Assembly (NCBI GenBank): GCA_032654565.1 | Contig: JAULAX010000015.1 | Span: forward strand, 768,001-832,000 | DNA length: 64,000 bases | Source of the DNA: Anaeromyxobacteraceae bacterium | GTDB taxonomy: Bacteria > Myxococcota > Myxococcia > Myxococcales > Anaeromyxobacteraceae | Reading direction: 5' to 3' | Shown: piece after piece, positions 17,429 through 29,125 of the stretch | Numbering within the stretch: the stretch's first letter is position 1 | How the letters are laid out: each line of letters opens with the position of its first letter | Position numbers and translations under genes: made by a program | The notes under the pieces: generated by a model | Told to the model about the DNA's origin: nothing | What the model saw: only the letters and a program-made list of their open reading frames with translations | The model's database searches: none

Positions 17429-19285
17429 ATGGCCACTCCCGGAGCGATGGAACGGCGTGACGCAGGGGTGGCCGGTGGCCACTCTCCCCGCTGGCCGGGG
17501 CTGGTCTGGGCCATCCTCCACGTCCCGGTCATCCTCTTCCTCTACGCCGGCCCCATCGCCCAGGCGCTGCGCGGCGTCCCCGAGGGGTTCCAGCGGCCGC
17601 TCTACCCGGCCTTCGTGGTCCAGGCGCTGACCCTGACGGTGCTGCTCTGGCTGGTGGCGCTGCCGCTCTCCTTCTCGCGGCGGCTCTTCCGCTGGACCTT
17701 CCCGGTGCTCACCGCCCTGGCCACGCTGGTGATGGCCATCGACGCCCGAACCTACGCGGCGGTCGGCTTCCACATCAACGGCTTCTTCCTGCGGGTGGCG
17801 ATCCAGCCCAGCGCCCTGCGCGAGACCGGCATCCCCACCTCCGACGTGGCCTGGTTCCTCGCCGAGGGGCTGGCCTGGCTGGTCGCCGAGGTGGTGGTCG
17901 GCACCTGGTTCCTGCGCCGCTTCACCTCGCCGCGGCCGGTCTGGAAGGTGGCGGTGGCGCTGCTGCTGCTGGCCGCCGGTGAGAGGGTCTACTCGGCCAG
18001 CGTGGCCTTCTTCGGCGGGCCGGGGGTCTTCGCCGCCGGGCAGGCGCTGCCGCTGCAGGCGCCGGTCCGCATGGGGAACATCTGGGAGCGGCTGACCGGC
18101 CGCAAGGTGCTGGGCAGCCCGCTCAAGGGGGTCTCGGGCGAGAGCGCCGTGAAGCTGCCGCCGGGGATCGATCCCGCCGAGGTGAAGTTCACCCGCACCC
18201 CCGACGTGGTCTTCGTGCTGCTGGAGAGCGCCCGGGCCGACTACCTCGACCCGCAGGTGATGCCGCTGCTCTGGGCCCGCGCCGCCACCGGCGGCACCGT
18301 CTTCGAGCGCCACTACGCGCTGGCGCCCACCACCTACTTCACCGTCTTCGGGCTGCTCTTCGGCCTCGAGGCCCACAAGCTGGACGCGGTGGTGGGGGCG
18401 GGGCGCAAGCCGCTGCTCTTCCGGGCCTTCACCGCCAACGGCTACCAGTCCAAGTTCCTGGCCGCCTCCTCGGTGGACTGGATGGGGCTGCGCGAGCAGG
18501 TCTTCGGCGACGTCAAGCAGTCGCTGGAGACCGACTGGCCGCACGACCTCAACCCGGAGCAGACCGACGCCGCCATGGTCGCGGAGGGGCGCCGCTTCGT
18601 GGAGCAGGCCAGCGACAAGCCGGTCTTCCTCTTCCTCTTCTTCGTGGGGACCCACTTCAACTACACCTACCCGCCGCGGGCGGCGAAGTTCTCGCCGGTC
18701 TGGAACGGCGAGGGGATCCTCAAGGCCGCCGAGGCGCCCGGCCACCTCATCCTCAACCGCGCCCGCAACTCGGCCTACGAGGCCGACCTGAAGGTGGACG
18801 AGTTCCTCACCTGGTTCGAGCTGAAGCGCGGCCGCCGGCCGCTGGTGATCGTCACCGGCGACCACGGCGAGGAGATGCGCGAGCAGGGGCACGTCGGCCA
18901 CGGCTCGGCGCTCACCGTGCAGCAGCTCCAGGTGCCCATGGTGGTGCTGGGCGACGGGGTCCCGGTGGGCCGGCGCGACACCCCCACCAGCCACGCCGAC
19001 GTGGTGCCGACGCTGATGGCGCTGCTGGGCGACACCCACCCGGCGGAGAGCTACGCCGCCGGGGAGTCGATGTTCACGGCCTCGCCGGACCGCTTCGTGC
19101 TCACCACCGTGGGCTGGGAGCCCAAGTTCGCCGCCATCGGCAAGGACCTCAAGGTCTCCTTCAGCGGCATCGACGCCGGCTTCGGCGGGGTCACCATCAC
19201 CGATCCCTTCGACCGGCCCCTGCCGGACGGCGAGGCGCGCTTCTCCCGCGAGGCGCCGCGCATCCTCAAGCTCTTCGGCAAGTAG
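17429..19285 (+). CDS. Membrane sulfatase/alkaline-phosphatase-superfamily protein (YejM/PbgA-like)
   Basis: About five N-terminal TM helices, GFHINGF, VFVLLESARAD, TGDHGEE, GH, TSHADVVPT. Confidence 0.8.
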   Translation: MATPGAMERRDAGVAGGHSPRWPGLVWAILHVPVILFLYAGPIAQALRGVPEGFQRPLYPAFVVQALTLTVLLWLVALPLSFSRRLFRWTFPVLTALATLVMAIDARTYAAVGFHINGFFLRVAIQPSALRETGIPTSDVAWFLAEGLAWLVAEVVVGTWFLRRFTSPRPVWKVAVALLLLAAGERVYSASVAFFGGPGVFAAGQALPLQAPVRMGNIWERLTGRKVLGSPLKGVSGESAVKLPPGIDPAEVKFTRTPDVVFVLLESARADYLDPQVMPLLWARAATGGTVFERHYALAPTTYFTVFGLLFGLEAHKLDAVVGAGRKPLLFRAFTANGYQSKFLAASSVDWMGLREQVFGDVKQSLETDWPHDLNPEQTDAAMVAEGRRFVEQASDKPVFLFLFFVGTHFNYTYPPRAAKFSPVWNGEGILKAAEAPGHLILNRARNSAYEADLKVDEFLTWFELKRGRRPLVIVTGDHGEEMREQGHVGHGSALTVQQLQVPMVVLGDGVPVGRRDTPTSHADVVPTLMALLGDTHPAESYAAGESMFTASPDRFVLTTVGWEPKFAAIGKDLKVSFSGIDAGFGGVTITDPFDRPLPDGEARFSREAPRILKLFGK

Positions 19286-19365
19286 GCGGGGCCGTCGGCC
19301 AAGGCCGCTGTCGCGCCTGTCCCGGAGCCGTGGCGGCTCCCGGACCTGGCGACGTGGGACACCGC

Positions 19366-20394
19366 CTAGAGCGCCGGCAGGATGGGGGCCCGGGTGGCCT
19401 CCGGCTTCACCAGCAGCAGCTGGACGTTGCCGAGGTAGCGCGCCTCGTAGGCCGCCTCGCAGGAGGCCAGGTAGTACTCGAAGGTGCGCAGGAAGCGCTG
19501 GTCGCGCCCCTGGGCCAGGGCCTTCTCCCAGCGCGCCAGCAGCCGCTCCCGCCAGCGGCGCAGCGTGGTGGCGTAGTGCGGGCCGAGCTCCTCGAGGTGG
19601 AAGAGGCGCAGGTCGCCGCTGGTGGCGGCGGCCTGCAGCAGCGCGGTGGTGGAGGGGATGCAGGTGCCGGGGAAGACGATGCGGTTGATGTGGTTGGCCT
19701 CGCGCTTGGAGGCCTCGTAGCGGTGGTCGGGCAGGGTGATGGCCTGCACCAGCGCCAGGCCGTCGGGGGTGAGCCGCTCCGAGACCACCCGCATGAAGTC
19801 CGGGTAGAACTCCCAGCCGACCGCCTCGATCATCTCCACCGAGACCACCCGGTCGTACTGGCCCTGGAGGTCGCGGTAGTCGGAGAGCAGCACCCGGATC
19901 CTCGAGGCCAGGCCGGCGGCGCGGACCCGCTCGCGGGCCACCTCGTACTGCTGGCGCGACAGCGTGGTGGTGGTGACCTCGACGCCGTGGTGGCGGGCGG
20001 CGTGGAGCGCCAGCGCCCCCCAGCCGGTGCCGATCTCCAGCAGCGCCTGGCCGGGCCGCAGGTCGAGCTTGCGGCAGATCCGCTCGATCTTGGCCAGCTG
20101 GGCGTCGTGGAGCGACTGGCCGTCGTGCTCGAAGACGGCGCAGCTGTAGGTCATGGACTCGTCGAGGAAGAGGGAGAAGAAGTCGTTGCCGAGGTCGTAG
20201 TGGGCGGCGACGTTGGCCCGGGCCCCGGCGCGGGTGTTGCGGCGGGCGCGGTGGCGGAGCCGGTGGACCAGCCCGCCGACCCGGCCCAGGCCGGCGAGGC
20301 CTCCCGGTGGGGCGGTCCGGCGGGACGGCCGCAGCGGCGCCGGCGGGTGGGGGCGGCGGCTGGAGAGTTCGACGAGGGAGGCGTTGGCGCTCAT
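19366..20394 (-). CDS. Cyclopropane-fatty-acyl-phospholipid synthase family methyltransferase
   Basis: [39 protein letters not shown]. Confidence 0.9.
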   Translation of the reverse strand: MSANASLVELSSRRPHPPAPLRPSRRTAPPGGLAGLGRVGGLVHRLRHRARRNTRAGARANVAAHYDLGNDFFSLFLDESMTYSCAVFEHDGQSLHDAQLAKIERICRKLDLRPGQALLEIGTGWGALALHAARHHGVEVTTTTLSRQQYEVARERVRAAGLASRIRVLLSDYRDLQGQYDRVVSVEMIEAVGWEFYPDFMRVVSERLTPDGLALVQAITLPDHRYEASKREANHINRIVFPGTCIPSTTALLQAAATSGDLRLFHLEELGPHYATTLRRWRERLLARWEKALAQGRDQRFLRTFEYYLASCEAAYEARYLGNVQLLLVKPEATRAPILPAL

Positions 20395-21230
20395 GGCTGG
20401 CTCCGGGCGGCGGCGGTGCTCCGGCGGCGGCCTGCCGAGGCCGCGCCGGGGTGGGGGATGAAGGGGACGCGCTTCAGCCAGAGCCGCAGCGCGTTCCAGT
20501 AGATGGCGACCAGCACCTGGACGGTGACCAGCGGGAAGCGGACCAGCGCGCCGGCCAGCGCCGCGCCGCCCAGCTCGCGGCGGCGCAGGGCCAGGGTGGC
20601 GTCGAAGAGCAGCCGCCCGCCCTCGCGGCTCTCCATGTGGACGGCCAGCCGCTCCCCGGGCTCGAGGAAGCGCCAGTCGTACTCCTGGTCGAGGGCCATG
20701 AAGGGGGAGACGTGGAAGACCTTGGGGAAGCGCCAGCGGTGGGTCCGGCCACTGGCGTCGCCGCCGCCCTCGGCGGCGTGGGTGGCGTCGAGCACGTAGG
20801 GGTACTGCTCGTCCCAGGGGGTGTTGTTGACCTCGGCGACGATGCAGTCGAGCGCGCCGCCCGGCTGGTAGCAGTAGAAGAAGCTGACCGGGTTGAAGCC
20901 GACGCCGAAGGTGGTGAGGTGGGTGAGCAGCCGGATGGGGCCGGCCGGCCGGCGCCCCAGCCGCTCCTCCACCAGCCGCCGCACCGCCTCGTCGAGCGGC
21001 ACCGCGGGATCGCCGAGGTGGAGCCGCCGGTCGAGCCAGGCCACCGCCGGGCGGCGCGCCGACCAGAGCCAGCGGCCGGCGAAGACCCGGTCGAGCTCGT
21101 CGAGGTCGAGCCAGGAGAAGTAGAGCCGGGCGCTGAAGGCGTGGCCGGCCGGCGAGCGGCGCCGGTGGGTCACCGTCCCCTCGTAGAGGGCGCTCTGCAG
21201 CGCGCCGGCCCTGGCGGGGGCGCCGCTCAC
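20391..21230 (-). CDS. DUF1365 family protein
   Basis: [50 protein letters not shown] start overlaps the upstream stop. Confidence 0.9.
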   Translation of the reverse strand: MSGAPARAGALQSALYEGTVTHRRRSPAGHAFSARLYFSWLDLDELDRVFAGRWLWSARRPAVAWLDRRLHLGDPAVPLDEAVRRLVEERLGRRPAGPIRLLTHLTTFGVGFNPVSFFYCYQPGGALDCIVAEVNNTPWDEQYPYVLDATHAAEGGGDASGRTHRWRFPKVFHVSPFMALDQEYDWRFLEPGERLAVHMESREGGRLLFDATLALRRRELGGAALAGALVRFPLVTVQVLVAIYWNALRLWLKRVPFIPHPGAASAGRRRSTAAARSQP

Positions 21231-22480
21231 AGGTCGGCTCCCAGCTTCCGGGTCACCCGCAGGGCGCTCTGCACGCCGTCCTCGTGGAAGCCGTAGGCCC
21301 AGGAGGCGCCGCAGAAGTGGGTGGCGCGGCGGCCGTCGATCTCGGCGTGGCGGCGCTGCGCCTTCACCGAGGCCGGGCTGTAGGCCGGGTGGTGGTAGGT
21401 GACGCGGCGAAGCACCCGGGCCGGGTCGATCTGGTCGTCCATGTTGAGCGAGACCAGCACCGGCGCCGGCGAGTCGAGCGACTGGAGCCGGACCATGTCG
21501 TAGGTGAGGGTGGCGCGGCCGCGCGGGGTGGGCGGGATCCAGGCGTTCCAGGAGGCCCAGGCCTTCCTCGAGCGCGGCATCACCGCGGCGTCGGTGTGGA
21601 GCGTGGCCACGTTCTCCTGGAAGGGCATGGCGCCGAGGATCTCCCGCTCGGCGTCGGAGGGGTCGGCCAGCAGCGCCAGCGCCTCGTCCGTGTGGCAGGC
21701 CAGGATGACCCGGTCGAAGCGCTCCGGAGGGGCGCCGCGAGGCGTCACCTCGACGCCGCCCCGGGCGTCGGCGTCGCGGCGCACCGAGACCACCGCCTGG
21801 CGGCGCACCCGGTCGCCGAGCGGGGCCACGATCCTGTCGACGTAGCTGCGCGAGCCGCCGGCCACGGTGCGCCAGGCCGGCTGGTTGGTCATCTGCAGGA
21901 AGCGGTGGTTGTCGAAGAAGCGGGCCAGCGTGCCCACCGGGAACTGGTCGAAGGTGGTGGGATCGGCCGACCAGACCGCGGTGCCGAGCGGCTTGAGGTA
22001 GAAGTCGCGGAACTCGGTGGAGAAGTCGTGGCGCTCCAGGAAGCGGCCGAGCGGCTGGTCGTTGGCCTCGGGGTGGGCCGCCAGCTGCCTCGCCAGCTTG
22101 TTGAAGCGGGTGATGTCGAGGACCATCTTGTGGAACGACCGGTTGAAGAGGTTGGAGCGCTGGGCGAAGAGGGTGTCGAGGTTGGTGCCGCGCCACTCCA
22201 GGCCGCTCGCGGCGTCCTTGACGCTGAAGCTCATCTCGGAGGGCTGGGCGGCGACGCCGAGCCGGGCCAGCAGCTTCAGGAAGCCGGGGTAGGTCTCCAG
22301 GTTGAAGACGATGAAGCCGGTGTCGACCCGGAGCGGCCGGCCGCCGACCTCGATGTCGTGGGTGTGGGTGTGGCCGCCGAGGTGGTCCCCGGCCTCGAAG
22401 AGGATGATGTCGTGCGCCTCGTGGAGGAGGTGGGCACAGACCAGCCCGGAGATTCCGCTGCCGACGATGGCGATCCGCAC
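21227..22480 (-). CDS. FAD-dependent oxidoreductase (amine oxidase-like)
   Basis: [35 protein letters not shown] start at 22480. Confidence 0.9.
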   Translation of the reverse strand: MRIAIVGSGISGLVCAHLLHEAHDIILFEAGDHLGGHTHTHDIEVGGRPLRVDTGFIVFNLETYPGFLKLLARLGVAAQPSEMSFSVKDAASGLEWRGTNLDTLFAQRSNLFNRSFHKMVLDITRFNKLARQLAAHPEANDQPLGRFLERHDFSTEFRDFYLKPLGTAVWSADPTTFDQFPVGTLARFFDNHRFLQMTNQPAWRTVAGGSRSYVDRIVAPLGDRVRRQAVVSVRRDADARGGVEVTPRGAPPERFDRVILACHTDEALALLADPSDAEREILGAMPFQENVATLHTDAAVMPRSRKAWASWNAWIPPTPRGRATLTYDMVRLQSLDSPAPVLVSLNMDDQIDPARVLRRVTYHHPAYSPASVKAQRRHAEIDGRRATHFCGASWAYGFHEDGVQSALRVTRKLGADL

Positions 22481-22637
22481 GTTCCCGCCTGACTTTCCCC
22501 GCCTTTTCCCTGACCGAGGGTAATCCCAGGGGAGAAGCTGAGAAGCTAATGTCACCCATATGTCTACGACAAGCCCCGGATGGGGCGTCCGTGGTGGTCT
22601 TCCGGTTCGTCGCCCCTTCCGCTAGAACCCGCACCCC

Positions 22638-24236
<1,599 letters not shown>

Positions 24237-24318
24237 GGCCTGGCCCACCGGGAGATCCCTGGCGCCCGGGAATCCCCGGCCCGGCCCCGTCCGCCCCGCG
24301 CCGGGGCGACCAGGGACG

Positions 24319-24657
24319 CTACAGGCCTCGGCCCTCGCCGGGCCTGCGCGGCGCGGCCGGATCTCCGGCGGGCGGGGGCGCCTTCACCTTCACGTCGTAG
24401 ACGCGGAGCAGCCCGCCCACCCGGGCCGAGCAGGTGGTCCGGCCCGGCTTGAGCGCGGTGATGGTGGCCTGCCCGCCCAGGGTGATGGTGGCGACGGTGG
24501 CGTCGTCGCACATGGCGGTGAGGCCGCCGACCGTCACCTTCTGCCCCACCTCCAGCTCCAGCGGGATGACCCCGGCGTCGGCGGCGGCGGCGGGCGCCGC
24601 CAGCGCGAGGCCGGCGGCGACGAGGGCGAGGCGGGCGGGTCGGGCCAAGTGGCGCAT
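24319..24657 (-). CDS. Small secreted hypothetical protein (Ig-like/pilus-N-terminal-like)
   Basis: Signal peptide, LEVGQK...CDDATVAT...[10 protein letters not shown]. Confidence 0.6.
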   Translation of the reverse strand: MRHLARPARLALVAAGLALAAPAAAADAGVIPLELEVGQKVTVGGLTAMCDDATVATITLGGQATITALKPGRTTCSARVGGLLRVYDVKVKAPPPAGDPAAPRRPGEGRGL

Positions 24658-24731
24658 GGCGTGAAGCCTCCCACCGGCGAGCGGGCCGGTCAACGCCGAC
24701 GGGCCGGGGCGCGGCGCGCTAGAGTGGCGCC

Positions 24732-25583
24732 ATGTCCGGTCGAACGCAGAAGAAGGGCGACGCGGCGCTGCGCGAGCTGGCGCCGGGCCAGTCGCCGGAG
24801 CTGCTCAAGGCGCTCCACATCCTCACCCGCGAAGGGCAGCTCAACGCCGACAGCCTGCGAAAGCTGAAGCAGGTGAACCACCTGGCCCGCCTGCTGGCGC
24901 CGGCGCTGGACGACGTGCTGGCCCGCTTCGGCGAGCCGGTGGTGGTCGACTGCGGCGCCGGCAAGAGCTACCTCGGCTTCGTCCTCTACGAGCTCTTCCT
25001 CAAGGCCGCCGGCAAGGGGACGCTGCACGCCATCGAGGCGCGCGGCGAGCTCACCGAGAAGGCCCGGGCCCTGGCCACCCGGCTCGGCTTCACCCGCATG
25101 AGCTTCGAGCAGGCCGAGATCGGCGCCGCCCAGCCGCCGCCGCGGGTCCACCTGGTCACCGCCCTGCACGCCTGCGACACCGCCACCGACGACGCCCTGG
25201 CGCTGGCCATCCGCGCCGGGGCCGACCACGTGGCGGTGGTCCCCTGCTGCCAGGCCGAGGTGGCCGCCCAGCTCGGCCGCGCCGAGGCCCCGGCCCCGCT
25301 GCTGGCCTCGCTCTTCGAGCACCCCTGGCACCGGCGCGAGTTCGGCTCGCACCTGACCAACGTGGTGCGGGCCATGGCGCTGGAGGCCAGCGGCTACTCG
25401 GTGACGGTGACCGAGCTGGCCGGCTGGGAGCACTCGCTCAAGAACGAGCTGATCCTCGGGAAGAAGGTGCGGGCCGGCGACGCACGGGCCCGAGAGCGGC
25501 TGCTGGCCCTCTGCGAGGCGGCCGGGGTGAAGCCGAAGCTGGTGCGGCTGCTCTGGCCGGCGAAGGCGACGGCGAGCCCGTAG
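24732..25583 (+). CDS. Class I SAM-dependent methyltransferase
   Basis: DCGAGKSYLGF, LHACDTATDDA, VPCCQ. Confidence 0.88.
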   Translation: MSGRTQKKGDAALRELAPGQSPELLKALHILTREGQLNADSLRKLKQVNHLARLLAPALDDVLARFGEPVVVDCGAGKSYLGFVLYELFLKAAGKGTLHAIEARGELTEKARALATRLGFTRMSFEQAEIGAAQPPPRVHLVTALHACDTATDDALALAIRAGADHVAVVPCCQAEVAAQLGRAEAPAPLLASLFEHPWHRREFGSHLTNVVRAMALEASGYSVTVTELAGWEHSLKNELILGKKVRAGDARARERLLALCEAAGVKPKLVRLLWPAKATASP

Positions 25584-25748
25584 CCTGGCATTCGCTGGTA
25601 CCGATCGCTGCGGCGCGGGCCGCGGCCGGCGGACCGATCGGCCCGAGGGGGGGCGGAGCGCGACGGGTGGAGGCGGCTCGACGCGCGCGGCGGGCCGATG
25701 AGCTGCGTCGCCTGCCGGTCGGCGGCACCGGGCCAGCGTGCGGGGTCC

Positions 25749-26663
25749 TCAACCGGATGATCCCGGGGGTCCGAGCAGCGCCTCGAGCCGGGCCCGGTCG
25801 AGGAACCCCTCGGCCGCCCCGGCCGCGCCGACCTTCCAGGAGGCGAAGCGCTGGGCGCGAGCCAGCGCCGCGTAGGGGTCCCTCCGGGCGAGGTAGCCGT
25901 CGACGAAGGCGGAGAGCAGGGCATCGCCGGCGCCGATGGTGCTCATCACCGGCCGGGTCGGATGGGCCGGGAAGCGGCCGATGAAGCCGTCCTTGCGGAC
26001 GGCGAGCAGCGCTCCGGCGGCCCCCATCCCGACCACCACCACCTCGGCGGGGAAGCGGGACAGCGCCTCGCGCGCCCACTCCTCCGGCGGCACCGGCAGC
26101 CGCTCGTCGCTGAGGAAGAGCAGGTGGGCGGCGCGCATGAAGTCGAGGTTGTAGGGGTCGTCCAGGTCGCGGATGGCGTGGACGTCGGTGGCCACCAGCC
26201 GGCCGGACCGGCGCGCCGGGGCCAGCAGCGGGCGGGAGAACTCGATGTTGCAGAGGACGGCGACCTGGCAGCGGGCCAGCGCCGCGGCCTGCCGGTCGGC
26301 CGGGAAGGGGACCTGCTGCACGTCCTTCAGGTCGACGTGGATCTGCCGGCGGCCCTCGCCGTCATAGAGGATGACCGACTGCGGAGTCTCCTCCAGCGCC
26401 GGGAGGACCTGACGGGCGGGGAGCCCGTCGCGCGCGAGCGCCTGCTCGACCAGCGCGGCGGCCGGATCCCGCCCCACCAGCGAGAGGAGCTCGACCTGGT
26501 TCCCGAGGGTGCGCAGCGCCTTGGCGACGTTGAATCCGACGCCGGCGACCGTGGTCCGGACGCCAAAGAAGGGATAGCCGACCGGGAAGTAGGGGAGGGG
26601 GAAGCCCTCCACGGGCAGGGTGGTCTCGAGGTTGATGAGTCCGGAGACCAGGAGGCGCGCCAT
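25749..26663 (-). CDS. PfkB-family carbohydrate kinase
   Basis: GVGFNVAKAL, TIGAGDA. Confidence 0.9.
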   Translation of the reverse strand: MARLLVSGLINLETTLPVEGFPLPYFPVGYPFFGVRTTVAGVGFNVAKALRTLGNQVELLSLVGRDPAAALVEQALARDGLPARQVLPALEETPQSVILYDGEGRRQIHVDLKDVQQVPFPADRQAAALARCQVAVLCNIEFSRPLLAPARRSGRLVATDVHAIRDLDDPYNLDFMRAAHLLFLSDERLPVPPEEWAREALSRFPAEVVVVGMGAAGALLAVRKDGFIGRFPAHPTRPVMSTIGAGDALLSAFVDGYLARRDPYAALARAQRFASWKVGAAGAAEGFLDRARLEALLGPPGSSG

Positions 26664-26669
26664 GGCGAT

Positions 26670-27860
26670 CTATCCCTCCACCAGACGGCGGTGGACCTCC
26701 AGCAGCGAGGCCAGGCGCCGTCCCGCCCGCCCGGACCCGACGGGCGGGGGCAGCTCGGCCCGGCCCAGCAGCCGCACCGCCTGCTCGACCCCGCCCGGCC
26801 GACGCGCCAGCCTCCGGGCGCAGGCCAGGCGCAGGTCGGCGAACTCGCGCTCCGGCGCCTCCTCCGCCTTGAGCAGGCCGAGCGCGTAGGGCCCCCAGCC
26901 GCAGTAGAGATCGCCCGGCCGGACGAAGGCGGCGAAGCGGGCCAGCGCCTCGGCCGCCGGCTCGCCGTCGAGCAGCCGCTCCGCGGGCAGCTCCAGGTGG
27001 GTGGCCACCCCGGGTCCCAGCGGCCGCCGCGGCGCCAGCAGCGCCTCGAACCACTCGCCGCCGGGTCGGGCCGCCACCAGCTGGATCAGCTCGGCCTCGC
27101 CCTCGACCGCGCTCCCCAGCGCCCAGGCGTTGGCCTCGGCGTAGATGGCCAGCACGTCGTCCGGCCGTGACCGGAGCGCCGCCACCGTCACGTCGACGCG
27201 GGGGCGCCGGGCCCGCGGCTCCCGCCGTCGCGGCGGGCCCGAGCGGCGCTGCTGCTCCTCGATCTGCAGGTCGACCATCCGGTCGAAGGCCTCGAGGATG
27301 GGCCGGAACCGATCCGGGGCCCCCTCCAGCGCCCCCAGCAGGTGGACCAGCGCCTCGATGGTGGAGACGCACTCCGCCGACGGCTCGGCCCGGATCCGGT
27401 AGTTGCTGGGGCGGTCCGGCGTGAAGGCCAGGCGCGGGAGGGCCTGCAGGAAGGGGTTGCGCTTGATGACCTTGCGCGCCTGGGACCAGGTGCCGTCGAC
27501 CACGATCACCGTGGTGGGCGGCCGGCCCTGGAGCGCGGCCGGATCGAGCGCCCCCTCGCCGGGGAAGAGCAGCGCGGTCCCCGGCGCCGCTGCCAGCTGG
27601 CGCACCCGCGGGTGGTCCTCGAAGTCGACGCCGAGGTGCAGCTCGGAGTTGGGGAGTGACAGGTGGGCCATGCGGGCGGTGCCGATGGCGGTCTTGCGCT
27701 CGCCGAGGTGCTGGAGGATGCAGGCGCGTGTGGCGCTCTCCACCGGGCGCAGGTGCGGGCACCAGCAGGCCCGCTGCGGGCGGCGGCAGCGCAGGCAGCG
27801 CTGGCGGTGGGCCGGCAGGGGGGGAGGGAGGGGGGAGCGGGGCATCTGGTCCGGCACCAT
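26670..27860 (-). CDS. DTW-domain tRNA-uridine aminocarboxypropyltransferase (TapT-like) with a C-terminal extension
   Basis: CLRC...CWC zinc motif, ILQH..E, DGTW, STIEA; about 170 extra C-terminal residues. Confidence 0.82.
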   Translation of the reverse strand: MVPDQMPRSPLPPPLPAHRQRCLRCRRPQRACWCPHLRPVESATRACILQHLGERKTAIGTARMAHLSLPNSELHLGVDFEDHPRVRQLAAAPGTALLFPGEGALDPAALQGRPPTTVIVVDGTWSQARKVIKRNPFLQALPRLAFTPDRPSNYRIRAEPSAECVSTIEALVHLLGALEGAPDRFRPILEAFDRMVDLQIEEQQRRSGPPRRREPRARRPRVDVTVAALRSRPDDVLAIYAEANAWALGSAVEGEAELIQLVAARPGGEWFEALLAPRRPLGPGVATHLELPAERLLDGEPAAEALARFAAFVRPGDLYCGWGPYALGLLKAEEAPEREFADLRLACARRLARRPGGVEQAVRLLGRAELPPPVGSGRAGRRLASLLEVHRRLVEG

Positions 27861-27887
27861 CTATCACGCCGGTCCCGACCGAGAGTA

Positions 27888-27921
27888 CCGCGGGACGGCC
27901 GGGGGTCCGCGGGACGGCCGG
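27888..27921 (+). repeat. Two identical 15-bp direct repeats, 19-bp period
   Basis: ccgcgggacggccgg at 27888 and 27907. Confidence 0.85.
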
Positions 27922-27961
27922 TGAGGGCTGAGGAAAGCCCAAAGGGAATGCGGGGCTCCGG

Positions 27962-27977
27962 TGGCACGGGGCCTGCC
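27962..27977 (+). promoter_or_regulatory. Sigma54-like -24/-12 promoter
   Basis: TGGCAC-GGGGC-CTGC with exact GG-N10-GC spacing, 13 nt before the ATG at 27990. Confidence 0.6.
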
Positions 27978-27989
27978 TTACCCAGAGGC

Positions 27990-28874
27990 ATGACCGCCCC
28001 CCGACAGGTCCTCCCCGGCACCACCTACCTCGTCACCCGCCGCTGCACCCAGCGCCAGTTCCTCCTTCGCCCCTCCAGGCCGGCCAGCCAGGTCTTCCTC
28101 TACCTCCTCGCGGTCGCCGCCGAGCGCTACGGCATCGAGGTCCACGCCTACTGCGTCATGTCGAACCACTACCACCTGGTGGTGACCGACCCCCACGCCC
28201 GCCTCCCGCTGTTCCACCTCTTCCTCGACGGCCTCGCCGGCCGGGCCCTCAACGCCCTGCTCGGTCGTCGCGAGGACTTCTGGGGCCCCGACAGCTACAG
28301 CGCCGTCGAGCTGGCCAGCCCGCAGGCCGTCGTCGACAAGGCCGCCTACACCCTGGCCAACCCGGTGGCGGCCGGGCTGGTCCGGTCGGCCCGTCGCTGG
28401 CCGGGGCTCTGGTCATCGCCTGACGAGGTGGGAGCAACCGGGCGCCAGGTGAAGCGCCCCACCCACTTCTTCGACCAGAAGGGGACCATGCCCGAGTCGG
28501 CGACCCTCACGCTCACCACCCCGCCCGGATTTCCCACCGCCGCCGCGTTCCGGGACCGGCTCTCCGCCGCGCTCGCCGAGCGGGAGGCCGTGGCGGTGAA
28601 GAAGGTCGGCACCTTCCTCGGCGTGGCCAGGGTGCTGGCGCAGAAGACCACCGCCCGAGCCAGGGAGCCGCAGCCGCTCGGCCAGCTCAACCCGAGGGTG
28701 GCGGCGCGCGACAGGTGGAAGCGGATCGAGGCGCTGGGCAGGCTGGTGGGCTTCCTCGCCGACTACCGGGCGGCGTTGCACCAGTGGCGCGCCGGCAACA
28801 GGAGCGCCGTCTTCCCTGCCGGCACCTACCTGATGCGGGTCGCCTGCGGTGTCGCCTGCGCCGGCGCTGGTTAG
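27990..28874 (+). CDS. HUH Y1 transposase-like protein (REP-associated tyrosine transposase, RAYT)
   Basis: YLVTRRC, HAYCVMSNHYHLV (HUH), FW, YTLANPVAAGLV...W. Confidence 0.88.
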   Translation: MTAPRQVLPGTTYLVTRRCTQRQFLLRPSRPASQVFLYLLAVAAERYGIEVHAYCVMSNHYHLVVTDPHARLPLFHLFLDGLAGRALNALLGRREDFWGPDSYSAVELASPQAVVDKAAYTLANPVAAGLVRSARRWPGLWSSPDEVGATGRQVKRPTHFFDQKGTMPESATLTLTTPPGFPTAAAFRDRLSAALAEREAVAVKKVGTFLGVARVLAQKTTARAREPQPLGQLNPRVAARDRWKRIEALGRLVGFLADYRAALHQWRAGNRSAVFPAGTYLMRVACGVACAGAG

Positions 28875-29125
28875 CCGCGACGACCACGCGGGCCTCACCA
28901 CCCTCGCCACCAGCAGTCTCCGGGAGCCACCCAGGCCTCGAGGGGCCGAGGCGTGTGCCCCTGCCCTCACCGAGCGCTTCTGGCAGCCCGACGCGCTGCG
29001 GCCTCAACCCCCGCTGAGGCACCACCTCACCACCTCGGCGCCTCCCTGACCAACGATCGCGGCCCCGGATCCCCAACGGCCCCTGGCCGAGGCCGGCCTC
29101 GCCAGGCCCGAACCCTCGGTCGGGA

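Noticed and set aside
28875..29125. tnpB/IscB gene or canonical IS200/IS605 element next to the HUH gene
   Set aside because: No RuvC or zinc-finger ORF is present; no canonical GTAG/GGAG-led REP palindromes recognised.
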